Source: Adineta vaga (Eukaryota > Animalia > Rotifera). Taken from it: DNA of 64,000 nucleotides. Position numbers and translations under genes: made by a program. Positions 25,090 through 36,608 of the stretch are shown one piece after another; position 1 is the first letter of the stretch, and each line of letters begins with the position of its first letter. Under the pieces are notes generated by a model that worked only from the letters and a program-made list of their open reading frames with translations, was not told where the DNA came from and did not search any database. The stretch lies in the NCBI GenBank assembly GCA_021613535.1, contig CP075497.1, positions 9,176,001-9,240,000 of the forward strand. Reading direction: 5' to 3'.

Positions 25090-26031
25090 TCATTGAATAC
25101 AATTGTCTTCATCATTAAGATTTAATATTAATTTATAATCCGTTGTTAGTTCATCATCATTATCAATTTCATTGGTTTTGATTTGGATACGTGATGGAAA
25201 TGACATAGTAACAAGAAGATAAATAATAATTAATAGAAAAGCATTACCAGCTAAATGATATGCATATGACATAGTTAATAATGATACTGATCGATGTGAC
25301 TCGGTTTCCCAAACAAATAATGGATTAGTTGTTTTTGGCCATAATACAAAAGCTGCTTGAATAAACCAAGTACCTTGAATTAATGCAAAATAACTGCGTG
25401 AAACAATTAACCAAAAATTATGTGGACTATAACATTCGGCTAATGCACTGATCATTGAACAGATGATGGTTAAACCAAGTAATTGATGTATATGAGCATC
25501 AATCATATTGCGAGCATGTAAATGAAAAACCATCATTACACCTTCAATAGCAAAAGCTAGAAAACCCATGACTTGTGTAATACGTTTGGGAAGAGGAACT
25601 TTGAAATGAACAAGAATTTCAATCCATGCACCAAGAAAAAAACCGAAAAGCATCGCAGTATGATGTGCATTTTCATCTCCAATATGAGGTCTTGGTTGGG
25701 AATCATAACCGGTAATCAATTCAATAGAAAAATGAATTGTTGTTATTAAAACTTTAAGAATACTTTCAATAGGTGCTTGCCGAAGAGTTTTACTTGGTAA
25801 ACAATAACATGAATATGTTGTTGAACCTCGAAATTTAACTGATGGTTTTGTTTGAACATCTGTTTCATTAACAAGTGAGTTTAGATATTTTATACAATTA
25901 TTAACATGCCACCATAACGCAAATAAAACGAAAAAGATACCTATAGAAAGGAAAATTCGAGATCAGATTATAATGAAAGAAACAATTCTTCGGATCATAC
26001 CAGGTGCAATATGTCCAATCCACGTACCCAT
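25090..26031 (-). CDS. TMEM45: Transmembrane protein 45 family
   Basis: MGTWIGHIAPG start, NAHHTAM, AFAIEG..FHLHAR..D.HIH.LL and QGTWFIQ..FVL. Confidence 0.88.
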
Positions 26032-26417
26032 TTTTTCAAATCTATAATAGATTATATGAGTAAAAAAAACAACAACACTAAATATATATATGTTAGAAAA
26101 AAGATGCATAGTTTGATACTACTTCATTAAATTTTGATGCCAAAAGGAAAGGAAGAAGAAAAACCGTTATCATTAGATAAACCACTATAAATATATCGTA
26201 TCATGACACATGAAATACTAAAATCTTTTCGCACATTCTTTTAATTGACTCTTGTTAATCATCGGATATTGATTGAACTGGTTTGATATCTAGTACATTG
26301 AAAAACTAACTATACCTACAAAAGTCTAATGATGCTAATACATCTATGTTTGTTTATTTATACTTATTTTTGAGCGACATGATGACGATGCAGAAAACAA
26401 AGTACGAATAGTTTCAC

Positions 26418-26451
26418 CGTTCTTAAAGAACGAGAACGAGAACGAGCCCTA
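26418..26451 (-). repeat. Solo MITE/hAT-like terminus (TAGGGCTCGTTCTCGTTCTCGTTC...)
   Basis: (GAACGA)3 repeat ending in gcccta, with the short palindrome cgttcttaaagaacg. No partner end was found in the window. Confidence 0.4.
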
Positions 26452-27764
26452 TAGGTAATAATCTTTCTCGCACAAATGCATTTTAACAGAGATATTATGA
26501 TTGAGTACAAATGAAGTAAAAAACTCACATTTAATGAGGAATTGATGAATTTGGAAATATCTTGAAAGATTAGATTACAAAAGATTATCAAGAGAAGAAA
26601 TATGAATCATTTTAAATACAAGGAAATCAAATATTTGAAATAATCGTATCGAATGACTTGCTAAGAAAAATGTCTTAGCCGGACGGTTATTTTTACTAAT
26701 CATGTCAATTATTACTGATGAGAATGATACAGTGGTTTTTCCTCATTCTATAGACGATAATGATACCCATTAAAGAATAATGACAGAAGAGAACGTAAAG
26801 ATGCAGAATATTTTTAGTTCTTTGTATGACTCGGATAAACAAGTGACAAAATCTGAAAATAGATTATCATTTACACAATGCTCTGCATCGTATTAAATCT
26901 GATGAAATTATAAAAGGAACTACACCAAAATGAACTTCTTTATTCGTACCTAACGTCTTTCGAAACACGACATCTTTTTGCAATTACTCAACTGTCAGTT
27001 TCACAAACTAAAGTATTAATCATATTGTTACAATGCAAATAATTCAACTTTTCCTTCTCAATCGAAAATTCTCAAATTTCATTACATTTTTGTATTATTT
27101 ATTATGCTCTTGTATTTTATAGAAAAAAATTCAATTGATACATGCCTACAGAGAAATTGCAATATTTGTTAAACATTTCCTGCTGTGATTGAAGCGTAGA
27201 TGTCATTGTATCATATAATGCATACAATATAAAATAGGGAACAATTTCGTATAAATAACTTCTGATTATGTGCCATCATAGAAAATATCTAGTTTACTTT
27301 ATTCATATTTTATGTGAGAGCGATGTGAAGAAAACCTCAGATTACTGATCACACAATACTGCTGAACGTCACACTTATGTTGAACTCTCTGCACCTCCAA
27401 CTTTGGTTACATCACTGCATCGACTTTGAATGACACTTATTCAAAATTTGAATAGATACTAAAAACACTTTTTGGTACTAATAAAATACTGAGAGCAAAA
27501 AAGCCTACTTATGTTCATAACAGAAATTCAGTACAAAAAAACATAAGAGTTTTGTATACTTATCAACTACTCGAAATATAAATGGATAGAAGATGCTCTT
27601 CTCCATGATCATGCTTCTAAAGTTCAATGGAAAATAATATATCGCCTCCTTTCTTCTAGTCATAAATATGAATATTATTCTAAATTTCATTGTATGACCT
27701 TTTCCATATATTTCTCATTGTTTTATTATCATCATTTTTCCTTAAATATTTTCGTCACTTCGAA

Positions 27765-28957
27765 ATGATCCAATTCTTAGTAATCTATTCGTTTTTATAC
27801 GCACATTGCCTTTGTGTATCATTTGGTACAGTACGAAGAGCTCGGTTTACCAGTGTCAATCAATTAAACAGTGATACAATTTGGCTCAATAATCAATCAT
27901 CTTCACAAGAATGCTTATGTACAGTCTTAAGGTCGTACAATAATACTTTTCTTTTCAATAGTTATACAAATGGTTCTTGCCATTTATTCTTCTCATTACC
28001 GTATACTTATAGAATGGAATTTCACATAAATTCTACTACTATTCTGTTGAAATCATTACCACCGATAAATCAAGCACCATGTTGTTCAAATCTATCTTGG
28101 CTAATGTCACGGATAAAAAATTCAAGTTTACCAATCGTGACTTTATCTCAACCTACATATCTTGTTATCGATGATCTCGATTATTTAGCAGTTATTTCTT
28201 ATAATAATAAATTATATCGATATAATCGAACCTCAATGATATCTGTAACATCGAAAGTAATTGCAGCACAATGTATGTCAATTAGTTATTACAAACAACA
28301 ATATTTTGTTGGTATGAGAAATAAATATAGATGATTTCATTTTGAATTTATTAATCTTTCTTAGGTTGTGGTACGAGTGCAACTTCAAGATTATATGTTT
28401 TCTCAACAACAACATTAGCATTCATTACAAATATTACAGTTGCTAGTGAACCACGTGATGTAGTTTTTATCCGCAATGGAACTGTTATGCTCGTTTCTTT
28501 AGCCGGTACAGATCAGATCGCATTCTATAATGTTATCTCATCAACATCCTATATATTAACAAATACAATCAGTGCACCCTATACACCTTACAATCTGTAT
28601 CGTATCAATGATACATTCTTATATATGACTAGTATGACTGCTAATATAGGAATATATACACTTCGATATAATGGAACAACAAATGGTTGGATATGGAATT
28701 CTGTTTCTCAAACTAATTCAGGAACCAGTTCTAATTTTCAAACAACATTTGATGCTTGTGGTCGAATGTGGATATCTGTAAAAGGATTTGGTATACGTAT
28801 ATATGATTCAACAGGAACAAAATCACTTTATAATTGGACATTATCAAGTGGATTGAATACTATTGCATTGACGCAAACTTTTGATTTATATGCAGCAGAT
28901 TTCATAAACGGTCAAATTTTAAGTTATCGATCCCGTATAGATCAATGTACATCCTAA
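27765..28957 (+). CDS. Secreted protein: PAN/apple-like N-terminal module + beta-propeller (NHL/YVTN-like) repeats, 2 exons
   Basis: Signal peptide, then QECLC..FNSY.NGSCHLF and PCCSNL.WL. Propeller blades P.YLVID, PRDVVF and TTFDACGRMWIS..G.GIRIYD. Intron at ~28312-28364. Confidence 0.7.
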
Positions 28958-29160
28958 GACTAATATTGATCTGCCATGTTTTTCGATTGATATATATATA
29001 TATATGACTATCAATCTAAATGATAATAAATTTTGCTTAAAAAACGAAAATATGTTAATATGCAGCGAAAACCCGCACTAAAAAATGCTTTAAAAATATT
29101 TATAAGAAAGCACATACTGCTAAGGAAAAACATTTCGTTATAAAATTGCATGGAAAAAAA

Positions 29161-30701
29161 CTACGCTTTTATATGACCTTTGGAAAATAATTGTATTCGT
29201 TGTTCTGATCGAAGATTTCGTGGTTTTAAACGTTCACTAAAATAAAAGATTAATATACAAGAATGTTATGAATAGGATTATTTACGATAATAATGACTCC
29301 CGATTCGCTGTTTCAAAACGGGTTGTTGTGGAAGAAAAGGCAATATTTCGACGTTTAGATCGTTTACGTTTATCAGCTATTGTTTCATCTCTAACTGGTG
29401 AAACAAGATTATATCGACCCACACCTATAGTCTGAATAAACATCAATAATAAAGAATAGAATATTGGGAAAATATCAATATACTTGATTGCCACCTATGC
29501 TTGTAAATGAACGCTTATCATTTCTTGATGAAGAGGTATTAAATGGTATTTTTTTCTGATGAAAATCTTGTTGTTCCCATGGTCGTGTAATTCCATAAGC
29601 ACCTGGTCCAGGAAAATCAACATTTTTTGGTTCGAGACCTTTATTTCCATTCGAAAATGAAACATTAGACAAAATAATCATGTAAAAATCGACTACCTGG
29701 ATGATCAATTGATACTCGATCTGTTGGTTTCTTTTGAAATCTACTTAATTTACTAAATGTTCCATGTTTTGTTTTACTCAATAAATGTGTTGATGATATA
29801 GAATCAGGAAAATTCTTTGATGGAAAATCAGGTGATAAATCCCATCGATCGAGAACAGCATGATGTCCAGTTGATATAGGTGCTGAACGACTTGTTGTAA
29901 ATAATTGATACGGACCTTTTTCACTAACACGTTTTTCAAGTAGTTCATCAATAGAACTTTTGATATTATATGTTCCTGGACCAATTTTTGAACCCTAAAA
30001 GATTTTGAAAAGCGAAAATATCATTAAGCAGTGTCTTATCCTTTGATTTGTTCAATACTTCAAGAGGTAATGTCCTTAGACCTTTGTTCCAATCAAATGA
30101 TGGAACATTCGTTCCCTGTTTCCTACGTTTTTCTTCAAGTTTTTCATCGGGAATACCATATGCACCCGGTGGTGGTGCTCGATTCTATTTTAAAAAATAC
30201 GGATCATTACTATAAAAATTTGAGATGCATTGTTACTAACCAGATTTTCTTTGGGAAATCGAGGAGTTAATTGATCCAATGCACCTCGTGCACAATGTGG
30301 TCGTCGATCAGCTTCAGTTAAAAAATCATTAACGGGATAAGCACCTGGACCAATACGTCTTTCTGTTTCTTTTTGTTTATCATACGTTTCTTTAAAAGAT
30401 GAATGAGGAATCTTTGCCATCTGTTCCGTATACAATGCATGTTGCCAATTAGGACCTCTCGTACGTTTTTCTAGATTTTTTTCACTAAAATCACCGTATT
30501 GCATCAAATTGTAAGAACCTGGTCCAACATATGGTGAGCTTTGCAGTTGCATACTAGTTAACAATTCGGGATGCATTCCAATTGTTTGGAATCTAAGTTT
30601 TAAATACTTCAAAAACAAAGTTGATTAACAAAAAAGTCATACCTAGCTATTTGGCTTGAAAATGCCAATGAAGAAGGTTTAGCAACATCGGCAGTAGCCA
30701 T
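29161..30701 (-). CDS. SHIPPO/STPGR-repeat ciliary microtubule-associated protein (LEXM/CIMAP2-like)
   Basis: Repeated (P/V/I)GPG[AST]Y motifs and AFSSTTTRF in a multi-exon gene. Confidence 0.75.
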
Positions 30702-31225
30702 TTTATATGAATAGATCAACTAAAAATTTTGATATTTTTTTTTCGTTGTAACAAATTTTTTCTACTACGAAAAGTCAATATGTTTTTCTTTATTATACTT
30801 CATCTGAGTATGTAGTTAACATTATTTTCTTTTCTTTCTTCATGTAATCAAAAACACATAGTTACAACGTTGACAAATAACAGTTCTTTACACAGGTAGT
30901 TTTACCATTACAATGTTGGTTACAATAACACTTGCCTCCTATTTTATCGCTCTCTATCAACAGTACTTATTCTCACTGCATAACTGCTCTAGACATTTAC
31001 ATGCATGTTCATTTGTTAAATAAACAAAGTACTCAATCTATACCTAAGTCCGATATATGTTCACTTTACAGTTTGGCAAATCATATATGATGAAGAGACT
31101 TTGAGCATGTTCAAAATGTACCATATCTTATGGAAATTGGTTTGAGAGATGTGACTTTTGTAGTTTTATTCTCTTTATAAACGGTATTTTCATATAAAAA
31201 AAAATAACAACAAGAACAATAATGA

Positions 31226-31501
31226 TCATCGATCTGGTTCTTCATCCCATGGTCGTTGAATTCGTTTTTGTTCCCATCCATCTAAACTTTGATTTTTAAC
31301 CATGTGTTCATATTCTTCTTCTAATGTTGTTGGTTCAACATAGTCCAGACCTTTTTCTTTGATTTCATCACGTGAATATGTTTTTACATGATGTCGTCGA
31401 CGATCATAACGTACCCATGTTGCACTACGTAATGTTACATAAATAACACCCATTAATGCAATATATGGAAGAAAGTTTTTCACGAAACGATTATTAATCA
31501 T
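31226..31501 (-). CDS. COX16: Cytochrome c oxidase assembly protein COX16
   Basis: MINNRFVKNFLPYIALMGVIYVTLRSATWVRYD..TTLEEEYE..DGWEQKRIQRPWDE matches the COX16 pattern (TM segment, RYD, LE.EYE, RPWE). The first ATG in frame is at 31501. Confidence 0.85.
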   Translation of the reverse strand: MINNRFVKNFLPYIALMGVIYVTLRSATWVRYDRRRHHVKTYSRDEIKEKGLDYVEPTTLEEEYEHMVKNQSLDGWEQKRIQRPWDEEPDR

Positions 31502-31964
31502 AGATTGATCTGTTTTATGTTTAAACAAATGAATTCTTCGATTTCTGCAAGATCTTTTTTTGCAAAGGAATGTAGAGCAAAACCAAAGAGAAGTTGTTTT
31601 TTTAATTGTAAACGTTCGTAAAGATGGCGAGCAAGAATATGATATTCGGCTTGATCTTTTCCAAGAAGTGATTTTATTGAATACACTGGAGATGAATCTT
31701 CGTTTAAATTAACGTCACGACGGACAAGAACCTAGAGAATTATCATCTTGAAATAGATGAATTTGAAATATCTCGTAACTTACTAAACTTCCAACTTTTC
31801 CAAATTGTGTCACCGATATGAAAAGTTTGTTATCGAAATTACTTATAACAAGATCAGTAACGTGATTGTTTAATGTTGTTTGTGCCTAAAGATTAGAAAT
31901 TATTGAAAAATAACAAAGAATTTATTATTCTTACGGTATGTGTTTGTGGAAATTTAGAATCCAT
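31498..31964 (-). CDS. PSMG3: Proteasome assembly chaperone 3 (PAC3), 3 exons
   Basis: MDSKFPQTHT|AQTTLNNHVTDLVISNFDNKLFISVTQFGKVGSL|VLV..PVYSIKSLLGKD..HILARHL. The VTQFGK.G.L and K.LLG.D motifs are characteristic of PAC3. Confidence 0.88.
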
Positions 31965-32584
31965 TATACATGACGAAAGAGAAAAGTTTCGTGTAGGTAA
32001 GTAAGTGATGTATGTATTTAAAATTTAGATAGAAAAAATTGCCAATCCAAAAAGATGATTTATAGATGGTGCTACATACCTTTTCAAAATCTCTTCCAGT
32101 ATAGTGTAACAAAGCAAGGAAATATAATTACATAGTTGGTTATTTCGATAGATACATATGTCTAGATGCAGATGATGAAGTTCTGGAGCATGGTGCTAGT
32201 GATATACCTACTATTCAGTATCTATTGAAATTATCTATCAACACTTAAAAAACACATCTGATGGATGTAGTCGTAAAGTTGATCAACATTATCAAGAAAA
32301 CAATACTATTCCTAATTCTTCTTCCAAAAACAAAATTGAAACGCAAACTATCATCAGCCGCACATAAACGATACAATCAAAACTGTAGTATAAGACATTG
32401 AAGAAAGCATTTACAATTTTGAAATTGTATGTCTAGTCAACACCACCATTATTAATGTTTATTTTCTCTCCTTCGATATACATTTGTTGTTGGTTTTTGA
32501 CTTCCTAACTTTTCAGTACTAATCGTGATACATGTTCAGATTTCTCTGCTATTCGAAAAATAAACAAAACTGATTCTTTTTTTC

Positions 32585-33230
32585 TTATTGTTTATTTATT
32601 TCTACAAGCGTTGTCTTGATGTCAAGAATCTTATCCACAACATCACATTCAATGATTTCTAGAATGACGGACTGTCCTAATTTGAAGACAAAATTCTGAT
32701 AAAGAGGTGGTATTGTTTCACGATGAAATGATGCATTGAAACGACTGTGTATCAAGCAAGCTAAAAGACATCAATAGAAATATGAAAGAAAAAAAACGTT
32801 TTATTTTAATTCAGTTTTTACCAATATGTTTTTTTCCAAGTTTTGATACAATTGCACGAACACGATGACCACGTTCTGGTACAAACAAAACAAAATTAAG
32901 TTTCACAGGTATCCACAATGTTGGATTATCTTGAAATGTTTGTGCAGTATTGGATAGAAAATGAATCTTTCCAATAGCTAATAGAAATCCGTTCAATCTT
33001 ACATAAAACAAAAAAAGAAATCTTTTTTTCAAAAATTTTCTACTCTATAGAATGATTTACTTTTTAGCAAGTTCATTTGAACTTTCTTCAAGTATTTTCT
33101 TAATTCCTGTTTTACTTTTTCCAAGTTGACTGGGTGGTAATGGTAAAAGAATCTTTTGAGATCGATGTTCTAAACATGAATGTTTATCATTTACAAGTGG
33201 TAGAACATCATTTAGTTTATATAAATTCAT
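32585..33230 (-). CDS. POLR1F: RNA polymerase I subunit RPA43
   Basis: LPLPPSQLG..KTGI, LNGFLLA..KI, FVLFVPERG, V.KLGKKHI.CLIH.RFNAS. The 3' end is uncertain: stop at 32585 if unspliced, or a short extra exon near 32516-32548. Confidence 0.82.
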
Positions 33231-33350
33231 GATTGTCCTTCTTCTTGAATCTAGAAAAAAAAATCAGAATTAAATGCTTTTTTTATTCATATGAAATCAA
33301 AGAACATGGAATTTATTTAACAAGAAAAATACATTATGTTTTCTTCGCTT

Positions 33351-33626
33351 TCAATGAGTCGTAACACGTTGAAAACCAATTAATTTATCTGGATCTTGAT
33401 AGAGCCATGCATCGGCTGTCAATGTTTGAATATTTTCTCTGATCTTCTGTAAATGTTGAGAATGTAATTCTTTTTCAGTTTCCGAACGATAAAATTGCGT
33501 GGCATTTTCTAATTCAATCGTCGTTAAAATCATTCCATTGTTACTTGTTGTTGTGCCTGTTGTCATTGGTGGTTCAACAGTTGGAACATATGGAGATTGA
33601 AATAATGCTTTACGACTTGCATCCAT
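33351..33626 (-). CDS. ANAPC16: Anaphase-promoting complex subunit 16
   Basis: N-terminal RKALF and C-terminal L.AD.W.Y...DKLIGF match the APC16 signature (RKALF ... LEADEWRF..IEQLLGF). Confidence 0.78.
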   Translation of the reverse strand: MDASRKALFQSPYVPTVEPPMTTGTTTSNNGMILTTIELENATQFYRSETEKELHSQHLQKIRENIQTLTADAWLYQDPDKLIGFQRVTTH

Positions 33627-33901
33627 CTGAAATGAAAACTCAATAGGAAACGTTTTCTTAAAAAGAAAATTCGTTCGATATATTTTCGAAATAGTATTCG
33701 TTAATTATTGTTGAGTTTCTTATATACAATCTTCTTTCGAAGTGCATATTTTGTTCATTAAGATTTGATCTTCTAATGAATAAAATATGACAAGAAAAAT
33801 CTACTATTTTTACTAATCGATCAGATGCCTACGAGAAAAATGAACGAGTGATAAAAACAAAAAATGTATAACAAAAGAAGAAACATCAATTTTTATCGAG
33901 T

Positions 33902-34705
33902 TTAAAAGAGTATTTTTGATCGTTCACAATATGCACCCCACCATATTAATCCGAAAACAATAGCAGCAAAGAATTCACTTGGTAACCATGGACCATAACT
34001 TGCATCCTAATACAAGAAAAAAAACAAGACTATTTTGATAAAGACTAATTTATTTCCTTACCGAATGGTTTAATTCTACTTCACCAAATGGTTTAACTGC
34101 TTTAATAGCATCATCAGTACGAGCCTTTTAAATATATATCTTTTTATTTCAATATCTTTGTTCTATTTAAAAACAACTTACTTTACGTAAAGCAGAATAT
34201 GAATCTTCATCATATAATTTGACTGATGTACGTCCATTAGCTAATTGTTTATGAGTAGAAGCAGCAACACCAATCTATAATAAAAGAAATATTATTTTCT
34301 TCTCCTATTCATTTCATATTCATACATAATATTTTCCAGGTGACGACGTCGATTGAGCACATGGAACAACTTGTCCAACAATATCAGCATAGAGATTATT
34401 TGGCTAAATAAGCAATGATGATGATGATGATGATATTAGTCATTTAGAGAAAACAAAAACTAACTTGTTTGCCACTTTTACATTTAATTGTAATTTCTAA
34501 TTGAGTGACTGACTCAGCAGTCAAACGAGCATCTTTCGTTGAATATGTTTTTACTTGAAACTTTGGTGATTCGCAGTTTTCACCTGTAAGCAAAATAAAG
34601 TTTTAAAGAAATAAAAAAAAAATCATTGCCTCTGTTACCAGTAATTAAAGTGATTACAGCAAATAATGGAATGATAATCGATAACATTGGGATCAAACGA
34701 AACAT
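33902..34705 (-). CDS. SSR4: Translocon-associated protein delta (TRAP-delta), multi-exon
   Basis: Signal peptide, C.SP....TYSTKDA, LYAD..G.VVP, YDEDSYSALRKA, and GPWLPSEFFAA followed by a C-terminal TM segment. Confidence 0.9.
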
Positions 34706-35044
34706 TCGATAAAACTACAAAAATTAACAACTAATCGATGCAGATGTGGCAAATCTTAGTTCATATACGTTAATGTTATGTTAAACAAATGCATACATTT
34801 TCATTGGAGAATGTCTACTTATCATAAATGATGGTCTATTTACGATAGATGGCTCGAAATTTTCTTCGAGATTATTTGAAAAAAAGGAAAAATATTTTTC
34901 AAATTTGAATATTTTAATAATCATAGTTGAGGACACAAGATGACTTTTAAATGATTGAATTAAATGAACCAATCGGTGTTCTCCACAGAAATATTGTCTG
35001 TTCCTTTTTATTTCATTTGACAATTCAATTTAATAATATTGAAC
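34706..35044. promoter_or_regulatory. Bidirectional promoter between SSR4 and SDF2
   Basis: 339 bp between divergent start codons. Confidence 0.65.
34969..34987 (+). promoter_or_regulatory. ERSE-like ER-stress response element (CCAAT-N9-CCACA)
   Basis: CCAAT cggtgttct CCACA, with the exact 9-nt spacer, 57 nt upstream of the SDF2 ATG. Confidence 0.6.
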
Positions 35045-35896
35045 ATGAGTAATCTTATTCAATGGTCAATTTTTATCTATTTACTTCAATTATCTGCGAG
35101 CAATGAAGATGTAATGACATGTGGTTCAACATTTAAATTACTTAATCAACAATCAGGTGATCGACTTCATTCGCATGATGTTAAATATGGATCGGGCAGT
35201 GGACAACAAGTAAAATATGAGATTATCTCTTTCATTTTTCTTTAAATCTTCTTCTCTTCTAGTCTGTTACAGGTACACCTAACGCCGATGATGTCAATAG
35301 TTATTGGCAAATTCGTGGAGATATTCGAAATGACTGTGAACGAGGGTAAGAAATTGAAACATGTTTTATCTCTTTTATTAAACTTCTCGTTCGGTTTTAT
35401 TGATATAGTACACCAATAAAATGTGATAGTGTAGTGCGTTTATTTCATGTAACTACTAGAAAAAATTTACATAGTCATAATTATCTATCACCATTATCGA
35501 ATAATCAAGAAGTATCAGGATATGGCGAAGATGGTGTGGGTGATGAAGGTGATCGATGGAAAGTTGATTGTACAACTAAAAACGATTTTTGGTTAAGAAA
35601 AGATCCTGTACGATTTCAACATGTTGTTACTGGAAAGTAAGATTATTTGAATGTTTCGTTCTAATCTTACGTTTCTATTTAGATATCTACATTTAACGGG
35701 TGATACTTATGGTCGACCGATTCATGGTCAAAAAGAAATTAGTTGTTATTCATATGCTAATAGTCAAAATCTCTGGAAAGTTGATGCAGGTGTCTATATA
35801 CGTCCATCTTCTGAACCATTATCATCTACGCGTGATGAAAATTCCAATAGTCATTCACAATCAACAACCACCGATCATTTTGATGATGAACTTTAG
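35045..35896 (+). CDS. SDF2: Stromal cell-derived factor 2 / SDF2L1 (MIR domains), 4 exons
   Basis: Signal peptide, TCGS..KL.N....RLHSHDVKYGSGSGQQSVT, NLHSH..SPLSNNQEVS.YG, YGRPIHGQKE, and C-terminal DDEL ER-retention signal. Confidence 0.95.
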
Positions 35897-36608
35897 AAAA
35901 GAAAAGAAAAGACGACGTTTTTCTCATTATGCTTTCATTGTTTGATAGGTTGAATTGCTTTTTATTCTCTCAAATCGTGATGATCATGATGATGCTTTTC
36001 TGTGTTTCCGTTTTGTTTATTCCTGGCTTTATTTATTTTTTAGTTTGACTTTTAAAGAACAAGATTCTAAGATACATCATCTCTTTTCTTTCAAGAATTC
36101 AAGATCATATTGTATACACTCTTAAATTTTGACATTGAACAAATGAAAATTTTTTTCTTACTTACCATGAAATTAGTTGAAAAGTATATGTAACTGTATA
36201 CAGAATAGAAGAACAAAAATTATAGACGAGTTCAACTGAAGTTATAGGTAGAAAAATCGAAATGCTTTTCATCCATCGAAGGTCGAACTTCAGTTTGATT
36301 CAACATGTTTCTTTTTGTACAAGAATATTCTCTAGTGAAGGACAAAACTATTTGAAGTATGATATAAGCTATTCATCTACTTGTCAAAGAGATCGACACA
36401 TATATGCAATTGAAATTCGTAGAATAAATAAACATCATTCTGTAATTTCACTGTATGAACAAGAACCTTGCAGTTTTTTTTCTCTTTTTACTCGTTCTTC
36501 AGATTAACTAAAAGTAAATACTTATACTTCTAATTCATTTTTTTTACATACATATATATCAGATGATTACTTACTACTAAAATATTCGTCATATTTTGTC
36601 TCACATCA

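Noticed and set aside
31992-32010. Strong plus-strand donor (gtaggtaagtaagt) near the PSMG3 start, considered as a possible SL RNA gene
   Set aside because: No recognisable spliced-leader exon or Sm-site architecture could be supported by eye.
32160-32420. Possible Tc1/mariner transposase relic (…INIIKK…KRKLSS…) between RPA43 and PSMG3
   Set aside because: Resemblance is too short and degenerate, and no TIRs were found. It needs an HMM search.
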